Below are positions 17,631-27,495 of a stretch of 64,000 bases of DNA, one piece after another. Position numbers and translations under genes: made by a program. The notes under the pieces are model-generated. The model saw nothing but the letters and a program-made list of their open reading frames with translations, was not told where the DNA came from and made no database searches. Positions within the stretch are counted from its first letter, which is position 1. Every line of letters begins with the position of its first letter. Source of the stretch: Capsulimonadaceae bacterium (GTDB lineage: Bacteria > Armatimonadota > Armatimonadia > Armatimonadales > Capsulimonadaceae); the NCBI GenBank assembly GCA_965215505.1, contig OZ244065.1:5312001-5376000 (forward strand). The letters are read 5' to 3'.

Positions 17631-19835
17631 TCATGCCGCCATCGCCGCCGGGATCGCGCCTTCGTAAGCGTCGCGCATACCGGCGACCGCCACGGTGAGG
17701 TTCGGTCCGCTCTCGTTTTGGCCCAAGGTGAGGCAATCCCCGGACACATAGCCGATAGGCCGTTTACCGGAAAGTGCCTCGAACGCGGCAGATTGTGACG
17801 GAGCCACAGTGACGACAACCGTGGCCGTCATTTCTGCGAACAGGTCTTTCGCTTGATAATCCGGCCAGTCCACTGTTGCCCCAATGCCGCCCGCAATACA
17901 GCACTCCGCCAGCGCGACAGCCAACCCGCCGTCCGAAACGTCATGTGCGGATTGCAGTAGCCCCTGGCTGATTACATCGCGCAGGAACGCTTGCAGCCTC
18001 TTTTCCGCCTCCATGTCCAGCGCGGGCGGCCTGCCGACCTCCTGCCCATGGATGACCGCCAGATACTCACTGCCGCCCAGGGAAGGCTTGCCATCACCAA
18101 CCAGGTAGATCAGATCCCCCTCGTTCTTGAACCCCATCGTCACCCGCTTGTCCGCGTCCGGCAGCAGTCCGACCATGCCGACCGTCGGGGTGGGGTAGAT
18201 CGCCCGCTCCGGCGTCTCATTGTAGAACGACACGTTCCCCGAAATGACCGGCGTTCCCAGCGCCTCGCAGGCGTCCGCCAGGCCCTCGACCGCCCGGCGG
18301 AACTGCCAGAAGCCTTCCGGCTTCTCCGGTGAGGCAAAGTTCAGGCAGTCCGTCACCGCCAAAGGCGTCGCGCCGACGCAGCTCAGGTTGCGCGCGGCCT
18401 CGGCGACCGCGATCCGCGCGCCCTCATAGGGGTCCAGGTAACAGTAGCGCGGGTTGCAGTCCGTCGTCAGCGCGATCCCCTTGCCCCCGCTGTCACGCAG
18501 CCGCAGAACGGCGGCGTCCGCCGCGCCCGGCAGCACCGTCGTCTGCGTCTGCACCATCGAGTCGTACTGGTCATATACCCAGCGCTTGGAGGCGATGGAC
18601 GGGGACGCCAACAGCCTCAGCAGGACCTCGTTGTAGTCGTCCGGCTCCGGCAGCCCCGACAGGTCCGCCGACCGGACTTTCTGGATGTAAGCCGGCTCGG
18701 CAGCCGCCAAAGAATAGGTCGGGCAGTCGTCCGTCAGCGACTTGGCGGGGACGTTGGCCGCCACCGTCCCGCCGTCCCGGATGACCACCATGCCCGTATC
18801 CGTGACCGTGCCGATGACCACCGCGTTCAGGCCCCATTTGTGGAACACCGCCGCGACTTCGTCCTCATGGCCCTTCTCGATCACCGCTAGCATCCGCTCC
18901 TGCGACTCGGACAGCATGATCTCATACGCCGTCATGCCCGCCTCGCGCTGCGGCACCGCCCGGACGTCCACGTCCATGCCCACGCCGCCCTTGGCGGACA
19001 TCTCGCAGGTGGAACAGGTCAGCCCGGCCGCCCCCATGTCCTGGATGCCGACCACGAACCCCGTCGCCAGTGCCTCCAGAGTCGCCTCGATCAGAAGCTT
19101 CTCGGCGAACGGGTCCCCCATCTGCACATTGGGCCGCTTGCTCTCCGAGTCCGGCCCCAGCTCGACCGAGGCGAAAGTTGCCCCGTGTATCCCGTCCTTG
19201 CCCGTCGCCGACCCCACATACAGCACCGGGTTCCCGACCCCCTTCGACTCCGCCGAGGCGATCTTGTCCAGCGGCACCACCCCCACCGCCATCGCATTGA
19301 CCAACGGGTTGCCGGTGTACGACGAGTGAAAGTAGATCTCGCCGCCGACGGTGGGTACACCAACCGAATTTCCGTAACTTGAGATGCCCCCCACCACATG
19401 CTCGAACAAGTATCGGGTGCGGTCGTCGCCGCTCTTCCTGTCAATCGGCCCGAACCGCAGGCTGTTCAGGATGGCGACCGGCCGCGCCCCCATCGTGAAG
19501 ATGTCGCGCAGGATGCCGCCCACCCCCGTCGCCGCGCCCTGGAACGGCTCCACGGCGGACGGGTGGTTGTGCGACTCCATCTTCATCACGATCCCGATGT
19601 TGCCGCCGATGTCAATGACGCCCGCGTTCTCCACCGCCCCCGTGTCCATCGCCTCCTTGTACTTCTTGAACAGGCGCAGGACTGGCCGGGAATACTTGTA
19701 GCCGCAGTGCTCCGACCACATCACGGCATACATGCCGAGTTCGGTGATCGTCGGCTCCCGCCCGAGCGCTTCCAGCACCAGGGCATATTCCGAGTCATTC
19801 AGTCCCATCTCGCGGTAAACTTGGGGGTCAATCAT
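17631..19835 (-). CDS. purL: Phosphoribosylformylglycinamidine synthase subunit PurL (small type)
   Basis: MWSEHCGYK, ESHNHPSAVEPFQGAATGVGGILRDI, QDMGAAGL, LSESQERM, GNVSFYN, HDVSDGG. Confidence 0.97.
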   Translation of the reverse strand: MIDPQVYREMGLNDSEYALVLEALGREPTITELGMYAVMWSEHCGYKYSRPVLRLFKKYKEAMDTGAVENAGVIDIGGNIGIVMKMESHNHPSAVEPFQGAATGVGGILRDIFTMGARPVAILNSLRFGPIDRKSGDDRTRYLFEHVVGGISSYGNSVGVPTVGGEIYFHSSYTGNPLVNAMAVGVVPLDKIASAESKGVGNPVLYVGSATGKDGIHGATFASVELGPDSESKRPNVQMGDPFAEKLLIEATLEALATGFVVGIQDMGAAGLTCSTCEMSAKGGVGMDVDVRAVPQREAGMTAYEIMLSESQERMLAVIEKGHEDEVAAVFHKWGLNAVVIGTVTDTGMVVIRDGGTVAANVPAKSLTDDCPTYSLAAAEPAYIQKVRSADLSGLPEPDDYNEVLLRLLASPSIASKRWVYDQYDSMVQTQTTVLPGAADAAVLRLRDSGGKGIALTTDCNPRYCYLDPYEGARIAVAEAARNLSCVGATPLAVTDCLNFASPEKPEGFWQFRRAVEGLADACEALGTPVISGNVSFYNETPERAIYPTPTVGMVGLLPDADKRVTMGFKNEGDLIYLVGDGKPSLGGSEYLAVIHGQEVGRPPALDMEAEKRLQAFLRDVISQGLLQSAHDVSDGGLAVALAECCIAGGIGATVDWPDYQAKDLFAEMTATVVVTVAPSQSAAFEALSGKRPIGYVSGDCLTLGQNESGPNLTVAVAGMRDAYEGAIPAAMAA

Positions 19836-19842
19836 AGTAGGG

Positions 19843-20529
19843 TTATGCCTGTATAGCCTTCTCTATCCGAGCGAACTGTTCATCCGTCATGTGCTTTGGG
19901 ACGATGTAGGGGTTACGCGGGAACTTCAACTCTATGAACGGGTAGGTTTTCAGTTCTGGAACCGCCTCTAACCACTGTGCGCGGCTCCGCATGATAACAA
20001 TCTCCGAGTTCGCCTGGATTGCTTGCCGAACCAAATGGAACGAGTATTCTTGTGATGGCACCCGCTGAGGTAAAGCCTTGTAACGTGTGGAGCAATAAGG
20101 AAAAAGCTGGACGCAGGCAAATTGCTCGGCGACAGTTTTCTGTCCATGCTGTTCTATGAAATACCGAAGCCGCTTATGCCACCACTGATAACCAAGCGTA
20201 TATTTGAATTGAGGATCAAGGTAGAAGAAGGGGTAGGTGCTCTCAAACGTCAGGCTCTTGCGCCGCTGTTCTACATAGTACGGGTCTTGCAGCAAATAAG
20301 CGAAGACTTCTGCGGAAAAACCTCCGTTAAGCGCGAGGAGCAGCACGTTCGCCTTTTCTGGGTTGCCTAAATAGGGGTACGGCAATGTATCTAGCCGAAT
20401 GGCTGTGTCGCCCTCTAGCCTGCTCATATAGCGGTCGAGAATGGGTTTGTCGCATTGGAGGACGTAAGACGGTTTGGTAGGCAAATCACGCCAGGGGTTT
20501 TGCGGCACAACTAATTCTTTTGTCATCAT
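19843..20529 (-). CDS. Hypothetical protein, probable uracil-DNA-glycosylase-superfamily fold
   Basis: LPYPYLGNPEKANVLLLALNGG, YPFFYLDP, GYQWW, QLFPYCS, PSQEYSF; AT-richer than flanks. Confidence 0.55.
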   Translation of the reverse strand: MMTKELVVPQNPWRDLPTKPSYVLQCDKPILDRYMSRLEGDTAIRLDTLPYPYLGNPEKANVLLLALNGGFSAEVFAYLLQDPYYVEQRRKSLTFESTYPFFYLDPQFKYTLGYQWWHKRLRYFIEQHGQKTVAEQFACVQLFPYCSTRYKALPQRVPSQEYSFHLVRQAIQANSEIVIMRSRAQWLEAVPELKTYPFIELKFPRNPYIVPKHMTDEQFARIEKAIQA

Positions 20530-20535
20530 ATAACC

Positions 20536-21675
20536 TCATTTTGTTTTGCGAAAGCAGTCCCTTGGGATCTCTCCCAAAATTTTCCCTGTATTACTTGCGT
20601 CTTTCTTGATTTGCTTTACGCCCCGCTTGCCTTCTTTTCCGATTGCAGTTCCATTCCAACGGACAACAAACGGGGTATTGCCATTATCTTTGTATGCTTG
20701 CCTCAGTTCAGTGGCGGAACAGTAAACCTCTGGGATTTTTTCATTTGCTCCTTCTTCTGTGTAGGAGCGCTCATAGCTGCCGATCAACATACCGCCATCA
20801 TAAATTTGCAGTAACCACCATTTTGAACTTCCAGTAGGTGGTTGAATCTCCACACGCAACTCTGCCTTCGTACCGATCTCGATAGGCGTGCTTGTTTCAA
20901 CAGGCTTGCTTGTGGCTTCTTCTTTTAGCTGCTGAACCTCAGCCGTCAAGCCAGTGTTTTCCGGTGTCGGCTGTACGGTTTGCGGGGTCGACTCTGCTAC
21001 GATCTGGTCAGGGGCAGGAACAGGTGGTTTGGGAACAGTTAACGGCTTAGAGGATACTATTTTCTCGAGAGCCAGTAATTCCTTCTCGATGTCACTTACG
21101 ACTCGAGGCGGAGTGCCAGGATCCGGCTCTAACGCAGAAGTAGGTTGAAAAACCGCAACAGCAGTTGCATCTAAGACTGGTATCACGGAGGCGATCCGGC
21201 TGTCTAATGCCTGCATCTTTTTCAGCAGGTTTTCTTTTATTATTTCGCTAACACGGGAAATTGCTTCCTCAATGGCTGGTGTGCGTGGAACGACAAGTTC
21301 TAAAAGCTTGACGATATTATCAATCGCTTTTTCTTTATCCTGTGTCGTGAAGTTAGGATTGAGATGAGCTGAAGCGTTGCGATATTCTTTTAAATCCCAT
21401 ACCAATTCCTTCCCCGTTGGTGCGTCTCTACGATGAGGAAAGGCGTTTGAGAAAAGCTGCCAATTATTGTTTAGCGTCCACAGCAAACATAGAGGATCAT
21501 TTAGGTTTGCTGAGTTGTTGCCAATACGATGAACCTGACGCTCCCATTTATCGTTGTATTTAGATTTCAATTTTGCTTCGACAAGTGGGCGCAGTCCTGA
21601 CACAAGCTTTGCAAAAGCCTTGTCAGACTGGCTCCGATCACTTAGTTCTCTATCTAACAATTCTTCGTTAGTCAA
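20536..21675 (-). CDS. Swt1-family HEPN domain protein with Pro/Thr-rich linker and unknown C-terminal domain
   Basis: DPLCLLWTLNNNWQLF...LKEYRNASAH...F (RNxxAH HEPN motif); SD AGAGGAG before TTG. Confidence 0.75.
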   Translation of the reverse strand: MTNEELLDRELSDRSQSDKAFAKLVSGLRPLVEAKLKSKYNDKWERQVHRIGNNSANLNDPLCLLWTLNNNWQLFSNAFPHRRDAPTGKELVWDLKEYRNASAHLNPNFTTQDKEKAIDNIVKLLELVVPRTPAIEEAISRVSEIIKENLLKKMQALDSRIASVIPVLDATAVAVFQPTSALEPDPGTPPRVVSDIEKELLALEKIVSSKPLTVPKPPVPAPDQIVAESTPQTVQPTPENTGLTAEVQQLKEEATSKPVETSTPIEIGTKAELRVEIQPPTGSSKWWLLQIYDGGMLIGSYERSYTEEGANEKIPEVYCSATELRQAYKDNGNTPFVVRWNGTAIGKEGKRGVKQIKKDASNTGKILGEIPRDCFRKTK

Positions 21676-21722
21676 GTTCTTGCTCCTCTATCAACACTGC
21701 CACTCCTAATAAATGCGCCTTT

Positions 21723-21893
21723 CTATTGCTGTTGGACCTTCCCTTCATTCACGACAACGGTGGCAAAGTTCGCCTCCGCCTTAGTGAGTGCCTGATCCAA
21801 TAGCATGGTGAACGCCTCTTCTGGACTCACGCCATACATTTCAGCGACCGAACGAACCTGAGATTCCATGTCTGGTGTCAAAGTGATTGTCAT
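21723..21893 (-). CDS. Small hypothetical protein (antitoxin/RHH-like N-terminus)
   Basis: MTITLTPDMESQVRSVAEMYGVSPEE; TATAAT at 21924-21929 and GGAG upstream. Confidence 0.45.
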   Translation of the reverse strand: MTITLTPDMESQVRSVAEMYGVSPEEAFTMLLDQALTKAEANFATVVVNEGKVQQQ

Positions 21894-21956
21894 GGTCCAT
21901 GTCTCCAAAAAGCCGACGCCCCGATTATACCTCAGAACCTCTCAAGCAGACAGCAG

Positions 21957-22860
21957 TTAGGGCCTAACCGCTGGCGCGGGCACCAGTACGACGTAATCGG
22001 CCAGCTCTTTGTCCGCACTCACCGGGGCCTTCTTCACATCGGCCACCGGCACGACCGACACGATGACGATCCTCGTCAGCGGCCTGCGCCACAACACGCG
22101 GCGGGGGATGCCGTCGCCGGAGTTCGGAGTGGAACTGGCCGTTGATATGGAGGACCAGCCCATTAGGCGCAGCCTCCAGGCGGCGTGTGATGCTCTCGGC
22201 CATCGTCTCGTCCCGCAGGGTCTGGGCCTCGTAGAAGCGGGCCACCGTCGCCTCGTCCATCACTGCCCCGCCGTGCGCGCCGCCCATCGCCTCCATCACG
22301 GCCTTGAAGCGGAGCCACGCGCCATCGTGCGGGGCCTGCACCTGGGCGGCGGCCTGACCCGGCGGCGTTTCAGTCAGAGCGGCCAGGCCCCGCTTGCCGA
22401 CAGCCGAGGCGATGGGCTGGGGGACGTTCGTGGCGAGGACGGGGATGCCGTTCGCCTTCGCATATTCCACCAAGGGCCGGTAGTCCGTCTGATAGTTGGA
22501 CCAGGGCCGGGCCGCCTTCCGAAACGCCGTCTCGTCCATTTGTCCGTGCAGATAGCCATCAAGCGCGGGCTGAACGTCCCGCTCCCACATCTCCATCCCC
22601 AGCGCCAGCCGCGCGCCCGCGCGCTTGTGCAGGCCCGCAAGGATCGTCATTTCCAGCGTGTGCGTCGCCGGGTCCGTGTGCTGCTCCCCGACGAAGACGA
22701 CATCGGCCCGCGCAAGCCGGTCCAGCAGGGCGTCTTGAGAGATCGTCTTGTCGGCGCGCGTGTCCATGATGATGGGTGAAGGCATGGCGTTCGCGGCGGA
22801 CAGTAAGCAGCAGAGCGTGAGGACTGAGAAGAGAACCGAAATCTGCCGATAATAGAGCAT
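21957..22860 (-). pseudogene. ChaN-family (haem-binding/iron-regulated) exported protein with a +1 frameshift near 22123
   Basis: ADVVFVGEQHT, LGMEMWER, YRPLVEYAK, AQTLRDETMAESI, HINGQFHS | (D)SGDGIPRR...ADYVV continuing in another frame. Confidence 0.75.
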
Positions 22861-22909
22861 AGAAGTTCTTTCGGCGCTGGACGCCGCTCTTCCTGCGTCA
22901 CTCAGCACC

Positions 22910-24022
22910 ATGCACATACCGACCATCACGACCGCATTAGGGGGGACCGCTTCGGCGGCCTTCGGCCTTCTGGGCAGGATCGCCCAGGCCGCGTCGCCGC
23001 TGCTGATGCCGGGCGCGCTCCCCGTCGGGGCCGCCGCCGGGGCCGTGACGCCCGACCGCGTCCGGGCCGCCCTGCTGGAAATGGGGCTTGCGGCGGCGGA
23101 CGCCGACGTCGCGCTGGCCGAGGCGCTGGTCCAGGCGGGCCTGCCGCTGACCGCCGCCTCGCTCGCCGAGGCGCACGCCGACCTCGCCCGCGCGCCGGGC
23201 ACGTCCCCGCAGGCCTACGTCGTCGCCAAGACCCTGGCCCTGCCGTCTTCCCCCGACGCCCTCCGGGCGCTGACGGCCGTTCTGAACGCGCCGTCCGATG
23301 CGCCGGGGCGCGGCGTCCTGCCCGAACAGGTCCGCATGTGGCTCGGCCTGGGCATGGAGGCGCAAGCCGCCCCCGAGGCGCAGGCCCGCCACCTGCGCGA
23401 GATGATGCTCCAGGTCGGGCGCAGCACGGAGAACCGGGTACTCGCGGTGATCGACGGCAAGGAGAGTCTGCCGGTTGCCGACCTGCGGACGGCCCTGCTG
23501 CGGCTGGCCTCCTCGTCCGGCGACCGCGCCCTGCGCGGACAGGCCGATGGCCTGGCCTCTCTGCTGGAAGGCCAGCAGCTTCTCAACCAGGCTGCACTCG
23601 CCGCCCACGCCGGGCGCGCGGAAACGCCCCTCTACTTCGCCCTGCCCCTGGCCTTCGACGGCCTGCCCACCGTCGCCGAGATGCGCCTGTGGCAGCCGGA
23701 CAGGGACACGGGGAACGGAGACGAGGCGGAAGACGGACACGCCCTGCGTGTGACGGTCCGGCTCTCGCCGCCCCGGCTCGGCCGGGTGCAGGCGGACCTC
23801 ACGGGTCGCCTCGCCGGGAGCCTGACCTGCCGCCTGGGCGCGGAGAAGCCGGCAGCCGCACGTCTGCTCGCCCGGCACTCCGAGGCGCTGGCGGAGGCTC
23901 TTGCTCAGTCGGGCTGGCCCACCTGCGAAGTCACTTGCCGTCCACAATCCGAGTGGCCCCCGCTCTGGCCCGGCGGCGAAGCGTTCACCACCCCGCGCGC
24001 CCGTGTGGACCAGCACGTTTAG
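22910..24022 (+). CDS. Flagellar hook-length control FliK-like protein
   Basis: Ala/Leu-rich; C-terminal LYFALPL...VRLSPPRLGRVQADL; precedes an FlhB-like small gene. Confidence 0.65.
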   Translation: MHIPTITTALGGTASAAFGLLGRIAQAASPLLMPGALPVGAAAGAVTPDRVRAALLEMGLAAADADVALAEALVQAGLPLTAASLAEAHADLARAPGTSPQAYVVAKTLALPSSPDALRALTAVLNAPSDAPGRGVLPEQVRMWLGLGMEAQAAPEAQARHLREMMLQVGRSTENRVLAVIDGKESLPVADLRTALLRLASSSGDRALRGQADGLASLLEGQQLLNQAALAAHAGRAETPLYFALPLAFDGLPTVAEMRLWQPDRDTGNGDEAEDGHALRVTVRLSPPRLGRVQADLTGRLAGSLTCRLGAEKPAAARLLARHSEALAEALAQSGWPTCEVTCRPQSEWPPLWPGGEAFTTPRARVDQHV

Positions 24023-24042
24023 CCCGTTCGAGAACTACCCTC

Positions 24043-24303
24043 ATGGATGAACCCACCACCGCCGTCGCCCTGCGCTACTCGCCCGAGGACGGTGCCGCCC
24101 CCAAGATCGTCGCCAAAGGCGAAGGCTTCCTCGCCGCCGAGATCCTCAAAGTCGCCCGCGAGAACGACATCCCCCTGCGCCACGACCCCGCCCTCGCCGG
24201 TGCCCTGGCGACCCTCGACATCGGCCAGCAGATTCCCCCCGAGCTGTTCCGCGCCGTCGCCGAAATCCTGGCCTTCATCTACAAAATGAACGGCAAGGCC
24301 TGA
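24043..24303 (+). CDS. EscU/YscU/FlhB C-terminal-like small switch protein (YlqH-like)
   Basis: AVALRY...APKIVAKGEG..AAEI...IPPELFRAVAEILAFIY. Confidence 0.9.
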   Translation: MDEPTTAVALRYSPEDGAAPKIVAKGEGFLAAEILKVARENDIPLRHDPALAGALATLDIGQQIPPELFRAVAEILAFIYKMNGKA

Positions 24304-24316
24304 TCGGACCAAGCAC

Positions 24317-24811
24317 TCACACCACGATCACCGTCGAGTCCATCCCCAGCAGCGCCCCGCGCGCCGCCAGCGCGTCCAGCGTCGTGTCCAGCAGATGTGG
24401 CGGCCCCAGCAGCAGAGCCAGCGTCTGGCCCTCCCCCGCCGAGACGATGTCGCACAGGATGCCCGGCGGCAGGCTGGCCGTCAGCTCGGCGGCGGACAGC
24501 GTGACCCGCGCCAGCGCGGACTTGCGGGCGTGTTCGGCGTCCTCGTAGCGGTACTCCGTCAGCTCGTGAACGGCGGCCAGCCGGTTCAGCAGCCGGGCCA
24601 GGTGGTCCTTCTTGGCCGCCGGTGCCGCGAACGTCAGGATGGCCGTCCCGCTGCCGGTCCCCGGCCCGCTGCCAGCGTGGGCCGTCAGGCTCTCGATGGA
24701 GACCCCCCGGTCGGCGAACAGCGAGGTCAGCGACAGCAGGACGCCCGACCGGTTCCGCAGCTTCAGCAGGAATATCCACCTCTCCGCGCCGTTCCTCTCC
24801 GTGTTGGACAT
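24317..24811 (-). CDS. ACT-domain protein (acetolactate synthase small subunit-like)
   Basis: LRNRSGVLLSLTSLFADRGVSIESL; coupled to upstream dehydrogenase (TGATG overlap). Confidence 0.7.
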   Translation of the reverse strand: MSNTERNGAERWIFLLKLRNRSGVLLSLTSLFADRGVSIESLTAHAGSGPGTGSGTAILTFAAPAAKKDHLARLLNRLAAVHELTEYRYEDAEHARKSALARVTLSAAELTASLPPGILCDIVSAGEGQTLALLLGPPHLLDTTLDALAARGALLGMDSTVIVV

Positions 24812-25875
24812 CAGACGCCCCCCATCCAGCGTGTCACCTTCTCGCCGATGGCCGCCGCCGCCTCGTGCAAGGCCCGCGCCTCCTCCTGCCAGACCGGCGG
24901 GGCAAGCACCCGAACCACCCCCTGGTGTGAGACGATCAGCGGCATCCCCAATGCCCCCCGGATGCCGTAGACCCCGTCGCCTTCCAGCATCACCTGGCCC
25001 GCGACACTCATCTCCCGCCCCTCCATCATCTGCCGCACCATGTCCACTGTGACGTTCGCCGTCGCCATCACCGTGCGCGACCCCGACAGGTGCGTCAGTT
25101 CGGGCCGAAGCTGCACCCGCACGTCCGGCGGCATCGTCTCGACCGCCTCAAACGCCGCCCGCGTGTCGCTCAGAAAGAGGTGCTGGATGGACTCGCGCGC
25201 CGACGCCACCCGCGCCGGGAAGTCCGCCGATGTCCCGCCCCCGCGCAGCGTATTGACCGCCGCTTCCGTTTCGGCGTCGTCCAACCCGTACACCCGGACG
25301 CTGCTCCACAGTGGCACCAAATTCGTCCCGTGTTCCCCGGCTACATACCCCGAAACAAGCTGGCGCGGCACCCCCAGGTCGGCGGCGATCTCGCGCCGGA
25401 ACCGCAGGCTGTCCGAGTACGCCCCGATCCCGATCACCCGCCGCGCCCCCAGGTGCCGCGCCATCACCGTGACACCCAGCTCCACCGGGTTGGTCACCAT
25501 GATCACCACCTCGCGCCCCTGACCGTACCGCACCAGAGCCTGCGCCAGCTCCTCGAAGGCCGGGAGGTTCGCCGTCGCCACGTCGTCCCGAGACATCGTC
25601 CCGCCCGCCGCCGGCCCCGGCGTCGCCCCCGCCGCCATGACGATCAGGTCCCCGACCACCTCCTCCGGCCCCAGCGCAATATCCATCTGCGGCGCGTTCT
25701 CCGCATAGGCATCCGTCAGGTCCGAACGCAGCCCGAACAGCACCCGCTCCGAGGCACCCCCGCGCCGCCCGACCAGTTGCAGCCGCTCCGTGGGCCGCAG
25801 AACCCGCCCCGCCACGAGCTGCGCCACGATCTCCCGCCCGATCGCCCCGCCCGCCCCGACTACGCTGATATCCAT
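24811..25875 (-). CDS. Lactate/malate dehydrogenase superfamily protein
   Basis: VVGAGGAIG, SRDDVATAN, VTNPVE, DSLRFR, GEHG. Confidence 0.85.
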   Translation of the reverse strand: MDISVVGAGGAIGREIVAQLVAGRVLRPTERLQLVGRRGGASERVLFGLRSDLTDAYAENAPQMDIALGPEEVVGDLIVMAAGATPGPAAGGTMSRDDVATANLPAFEELAQALVRYGQGREVVIMVTNPVELGVTVMARHLGARRVIGIGAYSDSLRFRREIAADLGVPRQLVSGYVAGEHGTNLVPLWSSVRVYGLDDAETEAAVNTLRGGGTSADFPARVASARESIQHLFLSDTRAAFEAVETMPPDVRVQLRPELTHLSGSRTVMATANVTVDMVRQMMEGREMSVAGQVMLEGDGVYGIRGALGMPLIVSHQGVVRVLAPPVWQEEARALHEAAAAIGEKVTRWMGGV

Positions 25876-25963
25876 GCGTCATCCTGTCTAGAAGTGTGTG
25901 GAGAAACTCCGCCTCACCCTCCCTTAACAGGGGAGGGTCGGCGCTCGCGCCGGGGAGAGGTTC

Positions 25964-26992
25964 CTACCCCCACGCCTCCCGCGCCTCCCCGATCGCCCGC
26001 TCCACATCCGCCCCCGACACGTCCAGGTGCGTCACCGCCCGCAGCATCCCATACGACCCGCTCATCCGCACCCCCCGCGCCTCCATGTCCGCCCGCGCCT
26101 CGTCCCCCGTCCGCCCCTCCACCGAGAAGAACACCAGGTTCGACTGCACCCGCGACACGTCTATCTTCACCCGCCCGATCTCCGCCAGACCCTCCGCCAG
26201 CCGCCGCGCGTTCCCATGGTCCTCCCCCAGACGCCCCAGGGTATGCTCCAAGGCGTACAGCCCCGCCGCCGCCAGCACCCCCGACTGACGCATCGCCCCC
26301 CCCAGCAGGTGCTTGGGCCGCCAGGCCGCTTCAATAAACTCCCGCGACCCCGCCAGCACCGCCCCCACCGGGCAGCCCAGCCCTTTGGACAGGCACAGGG
26401 TCACGCTGTCGAACACCCCCGCCACCTCCCGCGCGGGCCGCCGCCCCGCCGCCACCGCGTTCATCACCCGCGCCCCGTCCAAATGCATCCGCAGGCCATG
26501 CTCGCGCGCCGCCCCCGAAACATCCTCCAGTTCCTCGCGCGTCCAGACCGTCCCGCCCCCCGCGTTGTGCGTGTTCTCCACACACACCAGCCGCGTCCGC
26601 GCATAGTGCGGGTCGTCGGGCCGCACCGCCGCCCGCACCTGCGCCCCCGTGAAGACCCCCCGCTCCGTCACCAGCGCGTTCACCGAGGCACCCGCCACCG
26701 CCGCGTACCCGCCCCCCTCCCAGACCACGATGTGCGCGTTGTGCGTCGCGATGAACTCGTCGCCCGGCTTCAGGTGCGTCTTCAAAGCGATCAGGTTCCC
26801 CATCGTCGCCGAGGGCAGGAACATCGCCGCCTCCTTGCCCAGCAGGTCCGCCACCCGCTCCTGGAGTTCATTCGTCGCCGGGTCCTCCCGCTTCTGCTCG
26901 TCGCCGACATCCGCCGCCGCCATCGCCCGCCGCATCCCCTCCGAGGGCCGTGTCGCCGTGTCACTGGATAAGTCAATCATCGTGCTGTTCAT
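25964..26992 (-). CDS. ltaE: Low-specificity L-threonine aldolase
   Basis: DLSSDTATRPS, PSATMGN, VENTHN, HLDGAR, CLSKGLGCPVG, GGAMRQSG. Confidence 0.9.
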   Translation of the reverse strand: MNSTMIDLSSDTATRPSEGMRRAMAAADVGDEQKREDPATNELQERVADLLGKEAAMFLPSATMGNLIALKTHLKPGDEFIATHNAHIVVWEGGGYAAVAGASVNALVTERGVFTGAQVRAAVRPDDPHYARTRLVCVENTHNAGGGTVWTREELEDVSGAAREHGLRMHLDGARVMNAVAAGRRPAREVAGVFDSVTLCLSKGLGCPVGAVLAGSREFIEAAWRPKHLLGGAMRQSGVLAAAGLYALEHTLGRLGEDHGNARRLAEGLAEIGRVKIDVSRVQSNLVFFSVEGRTGDEARADMEARGVRMSGSYGMLRAVTHLDVSGADVERAIGEAREAWG

Positions 26993-27108
26993 TTCTTCCC
27001 GTTCCCGTCTTCCGCCCGCGCCTGTGAATTGGCTTGATTATATCCCACGCCCCGCCGAATCGCACACGCCCCCACACCCGCCGCGTCCGCGACCAGGTCC
27101 TCCTGGAC

Positions 27109-27495
27109 ATGATGCTGTCCGAGCGCGAGTGCCGCGAAAGCGCCCGCGACGAAACCGAGGTGGACCTCGAAACCCGCGGACGACTCCGCCGCATCCGCAA
27201 AGCCACCGAGGCCGCCGTCGCCACCCTGTCTCACGCCCCCCTGGACACCGCTCCGGAGGCCGACTGCCCCGAAAACTGCCGGAACGAACCGCCGGCCCCG
27301 GAGGCGGCAGCGCCCACCGACGACGAAGACCTGCACGAGCGTTACCGGGAGCCGAGGGACGCCCGAAACTGCCGGAACGAACCCGCCGCCTCCGCCGAGG
27401 ACGCCCGCCGGGCCTTCCTGGCCTCGTTCCCCCACGCAAACGGACCGACACCCGCCACGTCCGAGCGGTCCGGTCCCCCCAGATTTGGGGGCTAG
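27109..27495 (+). CDS. Hypothetical protein with duplicated NCRNEP motif
   Basis: ENCRNEPPA / [12 protein letters not shown] repeat AAACTGCCGGAACGAACC at ~27273 and ~27366; start uncertain. Confidence 0.45.
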   Translation: MMLSERECRESARDETEVDLETRGRLRRIRKATEAAVATLSHAPLDTAPEADCPENCRNEPPAPEAAAPTDDEDLHERYREPRDARNCRNEPAASAEDARRAFLASFPHANGPTPATSERSGPPRFGG

